Positions 17,974 through 28,329 are shown, counted from the stretch's first letter. The stretch: 48,420 nucleotides of DNA from Dehalococcoidia bacterium (GCA_046294495.1 JBKBKV010000004.1:12498-60917); one strand, 5' to 3'. The notes: generated from the letters alone by a model not told the origin. Program-made: numbers and translations.

Positions 17974-19680
17974 TTACACCTCTACAAAACGGGCGTTCAT
18001 AACATCTACCAGGCCCCGGTCGGTCAGTTTTAACTCCGGAATAACGGGAAGGGCCAGGAAAGAGAGAACAGAGAAGGGGGATGCCACCCGGCATCCCAGG
18101 GATGAGGCCAGATGTTCCAACTCTTCCACCCTTTGCGCCACTGTTTCTAGAGGCTCTGGGGAGAGGAGGCCAGCAATAGGGAGGGCGAGGGAACCCAACA
18201 CTTTCCCCCCTGCAGCCACCACAAGCCCCCCGTGCATGCGCTCCACTTCCTTTACGGCCTCAAAGATGTCCTGGTCTTCCACGCCCACCACCACGATGTT
18301 ATGAGAGTCGTGGGCAACGGAGGTAGCAAGGGCGCCTCTATGGAGGCCAAACCCTTTCACTAGCCCCAGCCCGATGTTCCCAGTGGCCTTGTGGCGCTCC
18401 ACCACTGCCAGTTTCAGTATGTCTCGCTGGGTGTCAGCCACGATGGTGCCATTGCGTCGCAAGGGGCGTTCTTCTACCCAACGGGTGATAATCTGGCCTG
18501 GGACTATCTCTATAACTGGAACAGCGTCCCGCCCGCCCCAGCGCAGGGCCAGGTGGGAGGCGGTAAAAGGCCTAATGTGCACCGTATCCCACATCCATGG
18601 GGCTTTAGGCGTGCGGGCCGAAAAGAGCGCCTGGCCCCCCTCAGCTACCAGGCGTCCCCGGTAAAAGACCCTTTCAACACGGAAAGCCCGTAGGTCGTCC
18701 AGCACGAGGAGGTTAGCCCAATAGCCGGGAGCAATGCCTCCTAACCCCTCCAAACGGAAGTAGGTGGCTGGCACCAGGGAAGCCATCGTAACAGCCATCA
18801 CCGGGTCCACGCCTAAGGCGATGGCCTTGCGCACCACCGCATCCACATCCCCGTCTTTGTAGATATCTTTGGCGTTGCGGTCGTCCACCACCAGCATGCA
18901 CCGGCGGTAGGTATGTGCGTTCACCAGAGGGAGAAGTTCCTCCAGGTTCTTCTCGGTAGAGCCTTCCCGAATCATAAGATACATCCCACGGCGCAGTTTC
19001 TCTTCCCCCTCTTCCCGGCGGGTGGTCTCGTGGTCGGAACCAATAAGAGGGGCTAGGTAAGCATTCAAGGCCTTGCCGGTTACCCTAGGAGCGTGGCCAT
19101 CCCTTACCCGCCCCTGGGCGGCGTAGATCTTAGCCAACACCTGGGGGTCTCCCTGAATAACCCCTGGAAAGTTCATTATCTCCCCCAGGCCCAACACTCC
19201 CTTCCAGCGCAGCGCCTGGCGCACCTCGGCAGGCCCCAGGGTAGCCCCCGAGGTCTCCATAGTGGTGGCTGGCACACACGAGGGGGCCATAAAGAACATG
19301 TCCAGAGGCACACGCCCGGCACACCTTATAACCCAGCGCATCCCTCGCAGCCCGCACACATTGGCCACTTCGTGCAAGTCTGTAACGCAAGCCAGGGTGC
19401 CCCGAGGCACCACCGCCCGCGCATACTGGCTCACCGAGAGATAAGTGCTCTCCAGGTGGTAGTGCCCATCAATGAGGCCAGGGGCAAGCCATCGCCCTTG
19501 CAAATCCAGGACCTCGTGTGCATTGCGGTAGTCTCCAATGCCGGCAATGCGCCCCTGGGCGATGGCTACATCGCCTGTCTCTATCTCTGCGGTGAAGGCA
19601 TTGATAATGCGGGCATTGCGTAGGAGCAGGTCAGCCGGGGCATCGCCCCGTGCCACTGCGATGAGGCGGTTCAGGTCCAT
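17974..19680 (-). CDS. ade: Adenine deaminase
   Basis: PGLIDGHYHLES, EIMNFPGV, DGHAP, SDHE, IREGS, VAHDSHN, LPVIPELKLTDRGL; ATG 19680 with SD GGAG. Confidence 0.95.
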   Translation of the reverse strand: MDLNRLIAVARGDAPADLLLRNARIINAFTAEIETGDVAIAQGRIAGIGDYRNAHEVLDLQGRWLAPGLIDGHYHLESTYLSVSQYARAVVPRGTLACVTDLHEVANVCGLRGMRWVIRCAGRVPLDMFFMAPSCVPATTMETSGATLGPAEVRQALRWKGVLGLGEIMNFPGVIQGDPQVLAKIYAAQGRVRDGHAPRVTGKALNAYLAPLIGSDHETTRREEGEEKLRRGMYLMIREGSTEKNLEELLPLVNAHTYRRCMLVVDDRNAKDIYKDGDVDAVVRKAIALGVDPVMAVTMASLVPATYFRLEGLGGIAPGYWANLLVLDDLRAFRVERVFYRGRLVAEGGQALFSARTPKAPWMWDTVHIRPFTASHLALRWGGRDAVPVIEIVPGQIITRWVEERPLRRNGTIVADTQRDILKLAVVERHKATGNIGLGLVKGFGLHRGALATSVAHDSHNIVVVGVEDQDIFEAVKEVERMHGGLVVAAGGKVLGSLALPIAGLLSPEPLETVAQRVEELEHLASSLGCRVASPFSVLSFLALPVIPELKLTDRGLVDVMNARFVEV

Positions 19681-20191
19681 GCTCTCCCCCCTCCAGGGCA
19701 TAAATGCCGGGGAGCCAGCGGTAGGCCTCCCCCTTGTCCAGACCATAGCCCACTACAAAGCGGTCGGGTAAGGTAAAGCCCAGGTAGTCTATAGGGACTG
19801 GCACCTTGCGGCGGGAGGGCTTGTCCAAGAGCACACAGGTGCGCAGGGAGAGTGGGGAGAACCTCCTAAGGTAGGCCAACACAGCGCTGGTGGTGTAGCC
19901 CGTATCCACGATATCTTCCACCACCAGGACATGGCGCCCCTTTGGAGGGATGCGCACCCCCGATTGCACCCGTGCAGGAGCAGAGGGGTTGGTGGCAGAG
20001 CCGTAGGTGGCCACCCGCACAAAGTCTATCTCTAAAGGCATATCCAGGGCCCGCACCAGGTCGGCCAGGAAGATAAAGGCCCCCTTCAACACACCTACCA
20101 GGAGAGGGCAAAGGCCCTGGTAGTCCCCTTTCACCGCCTGTGCCAGGCGCTGAACGCCCTGGGCAACCTCCTTTGAGGAGATGAGTAGCAC
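19631..20191 (-). CDS. hpt: Hypoxanthine phosphoribosyltransferase
   Basis: VGVLKGAFIFLADL, PRPP motif VLVVEDIVDTGYT, LLDK, FVVGYGLD; 3' end overlaps ade by 50 nt. Confidence 0.95.
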   Translation of the reverse strand: MLLISSKEVAQGVQRLAQAVKGDYQGLCPLLVGVLKGAFIFLADLVRALDMPLEIDFVRVATYGSATNPSAPARVQSGVRIPPKGRHVLVVEDIVDTGYTTSAVLAYLRRFSPLSLRTCVLLDKPSRRKVPVPIDYLGFTLPDRFVVGYGLDKGEAYRWLPGIYALEGGEHGPEPPHRSGTGRCPG

Positions 20192-20337
20192 TAAGCGCTC
20201 TCCACCAGGCAGGATGTAACTATCCGTTGCACGGCCTCCCCGGATCTAGTAATAAGAGGGGCACCCCCATTATAGCGAGAGTGCCCCTTATGCGGCTACT
20301 GGGACAGCGGCCGACACTGCCCCCGAGGGTGAATGGT

Positions 20338-20772
20338 CTAGCGCTTGCTGTATTGGGGGGCGCGGCGTGCCCGCTTGAGGCCATACTTCTTGCGCTCTTT
20401 CACCCTGGGGTCGCGGGTCAGCAACCCGTGCTGACGGAGAGGGGCCTTGAGGGCGGGGTCGGCCACCACCAGGGCTCGGGCAACGCCATGGCGCAAGGCG
20501 TCGGCCCAGGCCGAAATCCCACCCCCGTGCACCTTGGCCACCACAGCAAACTTGCCCAAGGTCCCGGTTACCCGGAAGGGCTCCAAAACAGTAGCCTGCC
20601 AGGTCTCCAGGGGAAATACCACTTCAAAGGGCTTATCGTTGACGGTAAAGTTGTTACCCCCAGGATAGAGGCGCACCTGGGCAACAGCAGTCTTTCGCTT
20701 GCCCACAGCGTAGAAGTAGCGCGGGGCCTCGGCCTGTGCCCCGGGTGTAGAGGCAACGGCTGGCGTGGTCAC
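20338..20772 (-). CDS. rpsI: 30S ribosomal protein S9
   Basis: [13 protein letters not shown].., [27 protein letters not shown]. Confidence 0.98.
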   Translation of the reverse strand: MTTPAVASTPGAQAEAPRYFYAVGKRKTAVAQVRLYPGGNNFTVNDKPFEVVFPLETWQATVLEPFRVTGTLGKFAVVAKVHGGGISAWADALRHGVARALVVADPALKAPLRQHGLLTRDPRVKERKKYGLKRARRAPQYSKR

Positions 20773-21248
20773 GAGGCTTTCACCTCCTCTTGTGGCTGTT
20801 CAGGTTCGGCGGGGAAACCCGCTATTTGCGCCTGGTGAGGATGCTCCGGCCCAGGGTAAACCTTCAGGCGCGAGAGCATCTTCCTGCCCAGGCTAGATTT
20901 GGGGAGCATCCTCTGCACTGCCAGTTTGATGACCCGTTCAGGATTTCTCTGAAGCATCTGTTCCAGGGTGAACTCGCGTAAGCCACCAGGGTAGCCGCTG
21001 TGGAAGTAGTAAATCTTCTGGCGCATCTTCTTCCCCGTTACATTGACCTTGCTGGCGTTGACTACCACCACAAAGTCGCCAGTAGCCATATGCCGGGTGT
21101 AGATGGCCTTGTCCTTGCCTTGCAAGACGCGGGCGATGCGGGTCGCCAACCTTCCCAGCACCTGCCCTTCAGCGTTTATAAGGTGCCAGCGGGGCCGGAT
21201 CTCCCGGGGGCTGGGCACATAGGTTCTCAGCGTCCTTACTCTCGTCAC
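20769..21248 (-). CDS. rplM: 50S ribosomal protein L13
   Basis: [39 protein letters not shown]. Confidence 0.98.
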   Translation of the reverse strand: MTRVRTLRTYVPSPREIRPRWHLINAEGQVLGRLATRIARVLQGKDKAIYTRHMATGDFVVVVNASKVNVTGKKMRQKIYYFHSGYPGGLREFTLEQMLQRNPERVIKLAVQRMLPKSSLGRKMLSRLKVYPGPEHPHQAQIAGFPAEPEQPQEEVKAS

Positions 21249-22030
21249 GGTGCCTCCTGCACTGGAAGGAAGTTAGGGTAGTCTACCCGGGTCAGGAAGA
21301 GGCCACAAGGGGAGAGCGCCGGGCCAGCCGTGCTGGTTTTGGGCGACTCCAGCAAGGCCTTCACTCCATCTTTGTCAAGTTTGCCTTTCCCTACCTCCAA
21401 CAGGGTGCCCACCATGCGCCGCACCTGGCCAGGCAGGAAGGCTTTACCCTCTACAGTGAACACCACCAGGTGCTCCTTGCATTCCACCCCAACCCGGGAG
21501 ACGGTGCGCAGTGTGGAGCGCCGCCCGGGCGCCCCCGAGAAGGAGGCGAAGTCCCTGGTGCCCACCATCAGGGATGCAGTGTCTTGCATAGAGTGTATAT
21601 CCAGGGGGGTGGGGCAATGGAAGGCGAAGCGCCTCCACAAGGGGGAGGGTTCCCGCCGGTTCCAAACCAGGTAGCGATACTGGCGGCGCGTGGCGTGTCG
21701 GCGAGGGTCAAAGTTAGGAGGCGCCTCATATGCCCCTACCACCCGAATATCCGGCGGCAGGTAAGCGTTGAGGGCGCTGCGTAGCACCTCCGGTGGGTAG
21801 CGCCGAGGAGCGGTAAAGGCTGCCACCTGGTATAGGGCGTGGGCACCGGCGTCGGTGCGGCTGGCCCCTTGGATGCTCACCCGTGCCTCCATAAGCCTAC
21901 TCAGCGCCCTTATAAGTTCCCCCTGCACCGTGCGCCCACGGGGTTGGACTTGCCACCCCGAGAAGTCGGTGCCGTCGTATTCCAGCACCAGGGCGATGCG
22001 GCACAGGCCAGGGGATGTGTCTGCAGCCAT
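21245..22030 (-). CDS. truA: tRNA pseudouridine(38-40) synthase
   Basis: [10 protein letters not shown], catalytic [20 protein letters not shown]. Confidence 0.95.
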   Translation of the reverse strand: MAADTSPGLCRIALVLEYDGTDFSGWQVQPRGRTVQGELIRALSRLMEARVSIQGASRTDAGAHALYQVAAFTAPRRYPPEVLRSALNAYLPPDIRVVGAYEAPPNFDPRRHATRRQYRYLVWNRREPSPLWRRFAFHCPTPLDIHSMQDTASLMVGTRDFASFSGAPGRRSTLRTVSRVGVECKEHLVVFTVEGKAFLPGQVRRMVGTLLEVGKGKLDKDGVKALLESPKTSTAGPALSPCGLFLTRVDYPNFLPVQEAP

Positions 22031-22047
22031 AGGGCACGGGATACCCC

Positions 22048-22443
22048 CTACACCAGTTCCAAAATGGCTATATGCGCCGCATCCCCCGGGCGGTAGCCCA
22101 CCTTGACGATGCGGGTGAAGCCACTGGTTCGGTCCCGGTAGCGGCGAGGGAGTTGGTCAAAGACCTTTTGAACCACATCACGGTCGGGGATAGTGGCCAG
22201 AGCAAGGCGACGGTAGTGGAGGGCTTTGGCCCTGTTCTGGGGCGTATCACCCGCCTCGATGGCCCGCTGGGCAGCCAGTGCCCAGGCAATAACACGGTCG
22301 GCCATCTTGCTGGCCACCCTGGCCTTAGGCAAGGTGGTCTGGATACGCTCGTGTAGGAAGAGGGAACGCACCAGGTTTCGCACCATCGCTCGGCGCTGCT
22401 CTGTGGGGCGTCCCAGTTTCTCGGTAACCACCTGGTGGGGCAT
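22048..22443 (-). CDS. rplQ: 50S ribosomal protein L17
   Basis: KLGR..RRAM.RNL, ERIQTTLPKA, RY.DR.SGFTRIVK, RPGDAA; follows rpoA. Confidence 0.95.
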   Translation of the reverse strand: MPHQVVTEKLGRPTEQRRAMVRNLVRSLFLHERIQTTLPKARVASKMADRVIAWALAAQRAIEAGDTPQNRAKALHYRRLALATIPDRDVVQKVFDQLPRRYRDRTSGFTRIVKVGYRPGDAAHIAILELV

Positions 22444-22458
22444 GGTAGTCTTCTCCTG

Positions 22459-23541
22459 CTAGGGCGTTGGCTCGTTTGGGGCCTCGGGCTGAGCCTGGGG
22501 AGGCTCGCTTTCAGGTTTATAGGGCTTTTCCTGCAGGGAAGGGGCTATAGCCCCCTCCCGGCGCAGATGAGCAGGTATGGGAATACCTTTATTGGTCAAC
22601 TGGGCGATGACCTCTTCATAGGAACGGTCGCCGAAGTTGCGAATTTGCATCAACTGCTCCCAAGTGTGTTCCAGCAGTTCCCCCACCCTGCTAATGCCAC
22701 CCCTGCGCAAGCAGTTAAGGGTGCGGGTAGAGAGTTCCAGGCGCTCCACTGGCATATGGTAGATCTCGGGGGGCACCTGAACAAGGGGTGCGGCGGTTAC
22801 CCCCGGCCTCTGGGCGACCTGGGGGGCAAGGGTAAAGATGCCGAAGAGGTCCATAAGTTTCTGGGCCGCCTGCTTCACCGCCTCTACAGGGGTGATGGTG
22901 CCGTCGGTCCATACTTCAAGCACTAGGCGCTCGTAGGTAAGGCGCTGGCCTACGCGGGACTGCTCTACCTGGTAGTTGGCCTTGTAGACGGGGGAGAAGA
23001 TGGCATCCACCGCCAGGGTGCCTGGGGCTAGCCCGTCGCTGCTGCGCTGAGCAGGAAGGTATCCCACCCCTTGTTCCACATTGAACTCTACCTCCAGGCT
23101 CCCCTCAGAGGACTCTATGGTGGCCAGGTAGTGCTCAGGGTTTACTATCTCCAGGTCGGCAGGTGTCTGGATATCCCCAGCACACACCTGCCCTGGCCCG
23201 CGCAGGGAGAGGTACATCTTGCCACCCCGTTCAGTGAGGCCGCGCAAACGGACGCCCTTTACATTCTGGAGGAAAGTTAGGACATCCTCACGGATGTAAG
23301 GAATGGCGGTGAACTCGTGGGGCACATTGGCAATGCGCACCCAGGTTACGGCGAGGCCGGGCAGGTCCCTTAGAAGCACGCGGCGGAGAGGGTTTCCCAA
23401 AGTGGGACCATATCCTTCTCCTAGAGGCTCTAGAATAAACTTCCCGTAGGTTTCCGATGCTTCGGCCACCTGAAGGATAGGCCGCTGCTTTTCAGCCCCC
23501 TCTTGCTGGCTGAAGATGCTCACTGGCTCCACTGTAACCAC
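22459..23541 (-). CDS. rpoA: RNA polymerase alpha subunit
   Basis: LEPLGEGYGPTLGNPLRRVLL, HEF, DAIFSPV, LEVWTDGTI, alpha-CTD LELSTRTLNCL..NFG. Confidence 0.98.
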   Translation of the reverse strand: MVTVEPVSIFSQQEGAEKQRPILQVAEASETYGKFILEPLGEGYGPTLGNPLRRVLLRDLPGLAVTWVRIANVPHEFTAIPYIREDVLTFLQNVKGVRLRGLTERGGKMYLSLRGPGQVCAGDIQTPADLEIVNPEHYLATIESSEGSLEVEFNVEQGVGYLPAQRSSDGLAPGTLAVDAIFSPVYKANYQVEQSRVGQRLTYERLVLEVWTDGTITPVEAVKQAAQKLMDLFGIFTLAPQVAQRPGVTAAPLVQVPPEIYHMPVERLELSTRTLNCLRRGGISRVGELLEHTWEQLMQIRNFGDRSYEEVIAQLTNKGIPIPAHLRREGAIAPSLQEKPYKPESEPPQAQPEAPNEPTP

Positions 23542-23618
23542 CCCTCCTGAGGTATCTGTAGTTGCCCTGTTCCTTAATCTCTTGCGGGCTGCGTGGTGTC
23601 TAAAGATGCAGATGCAGA

Positions 23619-24245
23619 CTAGCGGGAATAAAACTCCACAATGAGGCGCGTATCAATCTGCACATCCAGGTCGGCGGGTTGGGGAAGGGAGAGGACCTTT
23701 CCCGTCATCTGTTCCCGCTCCAGTGCCAGCCAGGCAGGCACCTCCCGCTTTGGGCCGCTCTGTGCCAGCGTCTGGGCCATTGGGAGGTTCCGGCTGGAAT
23801 CTTTCCAGGTAACTGTATCCCCTACTTTTACAGGATAAGAGGGGATGTCTACCTTCTTCCCGTTGACCATGATGTGGCCGTGCCGCACCAACTGGCGGGC
23901 CTGACGCCGAGAATCGGCGAAACCCAGGCGGAAGACTACATTGTCCAGACGGCGCTCCAACAGGCGCAGGAGAGCCTGGCCGGTCTCCCCTGTCTGGCGG
24001 CGGGCCGCATCCACATAGTGGCGGAACTGACGCTCCAGAAGGCCGTATATGTATTTCGCCTTCTGCTTCTCCCGCAGGCGCAGGCCGTAGTCGGAGACCT
24101 TTCTGCGCCGTGCGATGTGCATCCCCGGGCTACGCCGCCGTCGCTCAATAGGGCATTTGGGGGTATAGCACCTATCCCCCTTCAGGAACAACTTGTCGCC
24201 TAGCTGCCGGCACAACCGGCAGGCCGGTCCTGTGTAACGGCCCAT
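23619..24245 (-). CDS. rpsD: 30S ribosomal protein S4 (zinc-binding type)
   Basis: MGRYTGPACRLCR, LREKQK, LERRLDNVVFRLGF, IVEFYSR. Confidence 0.98.
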   Translation of the reverse strand: MGRYTGPACRLCRQLGDKLFLKGDRCYTPKCPIERRRRSPGMHIARRRKVSDYGLRLREKQKAKYIYGLLERQFRHYVDAARRQTGETGQALLRLLERRLDNVVFRLGFADSRRQARQLVRHGHIMVNGKKVDIPSYPVKVGDTVTWKDSSRNLPMAQTLAQSGPKREVPAWLALEREQMTGKVLSLPQPADLDVQIDTRLIVEFYSR

Positions 24246-24267
24246 ACTGCCTTCCTCATCCTAACCT

Positions 24268-24651
24268 TTATACACGGCGCCGCTTGGGTGGGCGGCACCC
24301 GTTGTGGGGGATTGGGGTAACATCCCGAATGGCGGTAACGGTAAGGCCAACGGCTTGCAGGGAGCGGATCGCTGCCTCGCGCCCGGGGCCGGGGCCTTTC
24401 ACCCACACCTCCACCTGGCGCAGGCCGTGTTCCATACCTTTGCGAGCGGCGTCCTCAGCGGCGCGCTGGGCGGCGTAAGCGGTCCCCTTGCGAGAGCCCT
24501 CGAACCCAGCCGTCCCAGCGCTCCCCCACGCCAGCACATTACCTTGCAGGTCTGTAAGGGTAACGATGGTGTTGTTGAAGGTAGCGTGGATGTAGGCGCG
24601 TCCTACGGAGACAACTTTGCGCTCTCGGCGACGCCCCTTTCCTTGCGGCAT
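24268..24651 (-). CDS. rpsK: 30S ribosomal protein S11
   Basis: [33 protein letters not shown]. Confidence 0.98.
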   Translation of the reverse strand: MPQGKGRRRERKVVSVGRAYIHATFNNTIVTLTDLQGNVLAWGSAGTAGFEGSRKGTAYAAQRAAEDAARKGMEHGLRQVEVWVKGPGPGREAAIRSLQAVGLTVTAIRDVTPIPHNGCRPPKRRRV

Positions 24652-24684
24652 ATATGCAAAACCTCCCTTGAGATACCCAGGCTC

Positions 24685-25068
24685 TTACTTCTTGGCGACG
24701 GCGCGGCGGCGGCCAGCCACGGTCTTTCTGGGCCCCTTGCGGGTGCGGGCGTTGGTGCGTGTGCGTTGCCCGCGCACCGGGAGGCCCCGCTGGTGGCGTA
24801 GCCCCTGGTAGCACCGAATCTCCATCTTGCGGCGGATATTCATCTGCACCTCCCGCCGCAGGTTGCCCTCCACTTTGTAGTGCTTATCAATCGTGTCCCG
24901 GATTCGCGCTAACTGCTCTTCGGTGAGTTCCCGCACCTTGGGGTTACCCGTAATCCCTGCTTGCTGGACGATACGGGCCGCCAGGGTAGGCCCAATGCCA
25001 TAAAGAGCGCGCAGAGCGATGGTAACCCGCTTGTTGTCGGGGATATTTACCCCTGCTACCAGAGCCAT
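24685..25068 (-). CDS. rpsM: 30S ribosomal protein S13
   Basis: [33 protein letters not shown]. Confidence 0.98.
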   Translation of the reverse strand: MALVAGVNIPDNKRVTIALRALYGIGPTLAARIVQQAGITGNPKVRELTEEQLARIRDTIDKHYKVEGNLRREVQMNIRRKMEIRCYQGLRHQRGLPVRGQRTRTNARTRKGPRKTVAGRRRAVAKK

Positions 25069-25083
25069 ACACCCTCCTTTGGC

Positions 25084-25197
25084 CTACCCCTGGCGCTGTT
25101 TATGTTTGGGGTTGGTGCAGATGATCCGCACAACACCCTTGCGCCGAACGACCTTACACTTCTCGCAGCGCCGCTTCACCGATGGCTGGACTTCCAT
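25084..25197 (-). CDS. rpmJ: 50S ribosomal protein L36 (too short for the ORF track)
   Basis: Manual translation [37 protein letters not shown]; lies between infA and rpsM. Confidence 0.95.
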   Translation of the reverse strand: MEVQPSVKRRCEKCKVVRRKGVVRIICTNPKHKQRQG

Positions 25198-25215
25198 ATC
25201 GGCCTGTCCTCGCTC

Positions 25216-25434
25216 CTACTTGAAACGGTAGGTAATGCGTCCTCTGGTGAGGTCGTAGGGGGACAACTCCACCAACACCCGGTCGCCTGGCAGGATGCGG
25301 ATGAAGTTCACCCGAATCTTGCCGGATGCGTGGGCCAGAATGGTGTGTCCATTGGCCAGTTTTACCCGGAATGTAACATTGGGGAGCGCCTCTTCTACGA
25401 CACCCTCCACTTCTATCGTCTCTTTCTTTGCCAT
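25216..25434 (-). CDS. infA: Translation initiation factor IF-1
   Basis: [50 protein letters not shown]. Confidence 0.98.
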   Translation of the reverse strand: MAKKETIEVEGVVEEALPNVTFRVKLANGHTILAHASGKIRVNFIRILPGDRVLVELSPYDLTRGRITYRFK

Positions 25435-25447
25435 ATCCACTCCCATT

Positions 25448-26269
25448 CTAACGCCCATTGAGGCGTGTTACCACCTCTTGCCCCTCTTCAGTAATGACAA
25501 CGGTATCTTCAAAATGGGCCGACAAAGCCCCATCGGCGGTTACCACCGTCCACCCATCCTCCAGCACCCGCGTCCAATAGGTGCCCATGTTCACCATCGG
25601 CTCAATCGCGATGGCCATGCCAGGGAGCAGGCGAGGGCCTTCCCCGGGTTGGCCGTAGTTGGGGACAGGGGGGTCTTCGTGAAGATGCCGCCCGATGCCG
25701 TGCCCCACATACTCCCGCACCACCGTATACCCCCGGCCCTCTACATAGCGCTGGATAGCAGCGCCAATATCACCGATGTGTGCGCCGGGGCGGGCGTGGC
25801 GAATACCCGTCTCCAGGGCAGCGCGCGTAACCTCTATAAGGGCCTGGACCCGGGCCGGCACCTTGCCTACAGCAAAGGTGCGGGCGGCGTCGGCATAGAA
25901 GCCGTCCACAATGGCCCCAGCGTCAATCTTCACTAGGTCGCCTTCTCGGATAACCCGCTCCCCAGGTATGCCATGCACAATCTCCTCGTTTAGAGAGACG
26001 CACACCACCCCAGGAAAGCCTCGGTAGCCTAGGAACGCGGGGCGAGCACCTGCCTCCCGAATCAGTTGGGAGGCTAGAGCATCCAGGTCCCGGGTGCGCA
26101 TTCCCGGCTCTAGGGCCTTACCCAGGCGTTCTAGCAGCCAAGCCACCACCTGCCCGGCGCGACGCATAGCCTCCCGCTCCTCCGGCGTCTTGATGGCAAT
26201 GCCGAAGGCCTGGGCATCTCCCACACGGGCAGAACGGGCCTGAAGACGCGTGTTCCGTTGCGTTCGCAT
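25448..26269 (-). CDS. map: Methionine aminopeptidase type I
   Basis: [43 protein letters not shown]; likely ATG 26269. Confidence 0.95.
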   Translation of the reverse strand: MRTQRNTRLQARSARVGDAQAFGIAIKTPEEREAMRRAGQVVAWLLERLGKALEPGMRTRDLDALASQLIREAGARPAFLGYRGFPGVVCVSLNEEIVHGIPGERVIREGDLVKIDAGAIVDGFYADAARTFAVGKVPARVQALIEVTRAALETGIRHARPGAHIGDIGAAIQRYVEGRGYTVVREYVGHGIGRHLHEDPPVPNYGQPGEGPRLLPGMAIAIEPMVNMGTYWTRVLEDGWTVVTADGALSAHFEDTVVITEEGQEVVTRLNGR

Positions 26270-26288
26270 AATGTGAACCCAAAACTCT

Positions 26289-26297
26289 ATTATATCA
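26289..26297 (-). promoter_or_regulatory. Extended -10 promoter (TGnTATAAT) for the map...rpsI cluster
   Basis: Minus strand TGATATAAT about 20 bp upstream of the map ATG; -35 weak. Confidence 0.55.
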
Positions 26298-27036
26298 ACG
26301 ATGGGCCAGGGTTTCCACTCACCCGCGCAGGGCCCTCCTCGGCTCCGCTGGAGGGCTTCAGGTGGCGCACTAGCCACTCCTTTAGCAGGGGGAGTAGGGT
26401 GTCAGAGGCCTCCCGCAGGCTGTGGCCGGCGCCGGGCAGGATGACCAACTCCTTAGGCTCGCGCGCCCATCCGTAGACCATGCGAGAGCATGCAGGAGGC
26501 AGGTGGGTGTCGGCCTCCCCGTGCACCAGGAGGAGGGGGCGGGGGGCCACACGCCCCGCTCCGTGAGCGCCGTAGGTCTGTGTAGACAGGGCCACCACGC
26601 AGGCCACGATGTCGCTGAAGGGGGCGGCAGTGATGACCACTGCTCCCCCAAAGGAGTGGCCCACCAGACCAACCTGTTTCATACCCATGCCTTTCAGGAA
26701 GGACAGCCCAGCCAGGGCATCCAGAACGCACTCGTGCAGAACCCCAGGGCAACGGTAGTCTAGGCGGAGGGAGGCGATGGCGTGCTCTTGGGCCAACTCC
26801 TGGGCCAGGACACGGTAGCAACCATTGGCTGGGCCATCTACCCCACCCCGCACCCCCCAAACCCACAAGACGCCCTCCTGTGCCCCGGGCACGGGGTGGT
26901 AAATCCCCTTGAGGTCGCCTCGTGTAGAATGGAGGACCACTCCCCGGCCACCCTGCCCTGGGGGTGGTGGCACAAAAGCAAAGTCCACCACCTGAATAGT
27001 ATACACATCCTCTTCGTATGGTTGCGGCACAGCCAC
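26290..27036 (-). CDS. Alpha/beta-fold hydrolase
   Basis: Nucleophile elbow GHSFGG, LLVHGEADT, GAGH catalytic His. Confidence 0.88.
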   Translation of the reverse strand: MAVPQPYEEDVYTIQVVDFAFVPPPPGQGGRGVVLHSTRGDLKGIYHPVPGAQEGVLWVWGVRGGVDGPANGCYRVLAQELAQEHAIASLRLDYRCPGVLHECVLDALAGLSFLKGMGMKQVGLVGHSFGGAVVITAAPFSDIVACVVALSTQTYGAHGAGRVAPRPLLLVHGEADTHLPPACSRMVYGWAREPKELVILPGAGHSLREASDTLLPLLKEWLVRHLKPSSGAEEGPARVSGNPGPSLI

Positions 27037-27042
27037 CCACTC

Positions 27043-28329
27043 CTACGAGGGCACGATATGCTGCGGCCTGCGTGTCCATAGCAAACCGGCGATGCTCACC
27101 AGGGAGGTGCCTTGGGCATCGGCAGGGCACTGGGCGTAGTCCACCAGATGCCCTTCCACCTCCGAACCCATGAGGCGCAGGGCTAGGTAGATGCAGGAGA
27201 GCCCGCATACCTTGCGCCGGTCCTGCTCGGCCTGGAGGGTTCGGAAAAAGCCATCGGCATTGCCCTGGCCTACCGTCGCCAAGAGGCCCAGGTCTGCCTC
27301 CTTAAGGCGTGCCTTGCCTACCAGGTCATAGGGCATAGCATCGCCAAAGGCAGGGCCCACGTGGGCCAGGTCGCCGGCGGCCACCACCAGCCACCTTCTG
27401 CCCCGGAGACCCTCGCGCAAAGTTTTTATGAAGTGTTCCAAGCGTATATCCTGGGCAGGGTTGAGGCCGTCGGTCATCCAGTGGGCAAAATGGCCACAAA
27501 GCACAGGAAGCAAAGAGACCTGCTTTCCGCCCAGCGCATAGTGGAGCCATACCAGAGCCAGTTCAATAGAATGCTCGGTGGCGTGGTGCAGTTCTTCCGC
27601 GAAGGCGGCCTCGGGGCCAATAGCCTTGGCCAGAGCATCTACCAATAAGCGGTCGGTGGGTAGGCTCCCCCACGGAGTGGCATAGTGCTGGCGGGTCAGG
27701 GTAATGCTTCCTGGCCCGCCCTGGTGGTCTGTCCCCAGGATAACCACCACATCTACATCCTGAAGGGAAGGGGCAGCCAAGCCCCAGGTCTTGGCATAAA
27801 CCGGCCACCCCCGCTGATAGTCAATATGTGGGGAGAGGACACCCGCCAAAGGAGCCGCCGGAGGTTGAAGAGGGCCATGCTCGCGGGCGGCTTCCCACGC
27901 CTGTTGGCAAAAACGGGCTAAGGTTTGAGGGTCAGGGGGATAAACTATCCCCGCCAGAGCAGGAGAGCGGTAAGGTGCCTGGCGGAAGCGCTCCAGGGCG
28001 TGGCGCTGGGCCTCCCGGAAACTAGGGCTGTCCAGAAGGAGCGCCCGCTCCAGATGAGCGATGAACCCCTGCACCTGGGCCAGGGACATGTTTATGCCTG
28101 TGCGCAAGACAAAGGCGCTATGAATGGTGGGAATGTCTCGGCTCCCATCCATAAGAGCAAGCAGCGGGGCCATTTCCCTAGGGACCAGCAGGTCGGTAGG
28201 AGCAAGGGACAAGGGGTCGTGCAGGAGAAGATAGGGGCGTCCGTCTTGCCCCTGCACCCAGCGCACATCCAGGGGGCGCAGTTTCGGGTTTCCTTGCGGG
28301 CCGGTGGTGCCCCCGGAACGCAGAAGCAT
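27043..28329 (-). CDS. AmmeMemoRadiSam system protein B (MEMO1 family)
   Basis: PALAG..YP, SPHIDY, GTDH, EHSIEL, AGDLAHVG, VCG. Confidence 0.88.
   Translation of the reverse strand: MLLRSGGTTGPQGNPKLRPLDVRWVQGQDGRPYLLLHDPLSLAPTDLLVPREMAPLLALMDGSRDIPTIHSAFVLRTGINMSLAQVQGFIAHLERALLLDSPSFREAQRHALERFRQAPYRSPALAGIVYPPDPQTLARFCQQAWEAAREHGPLQPPAAPLAGVLSPHIDYQRGWPVYAKTWGLAAPSLQDVDVVVILGTDHQGGPGSITLTRQHYATPWGSLPTDRLLVDALAKAIGPEAAFAEELHHATEHSIELALVWLHYALGGKQVSLLPVLCGHFAHWMTDGLNPAQDIRLEHFIKTLREGLRGRRWLVVAAGDLAHVGPAFGDAMPYDLVGKARLKEADLGLLATVGQGNADGFFRTLQAEQDRRKVCGLSCIYLALRLMGSEVEGHLVDYAQCPADAQGTSLVSIAGLLWTRRPQHIVPS

Noticed and set aside
19631-19680. 50-nt overlap of hpt and ade
   Set aside because: Most simply explained by stop-codon drift giving a non-conserved tail
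20191-20337. Purine riboswitch upstream of hpt-ade
   Set aside because: No recognisable purine aptamer core sequence or three-way junction seen
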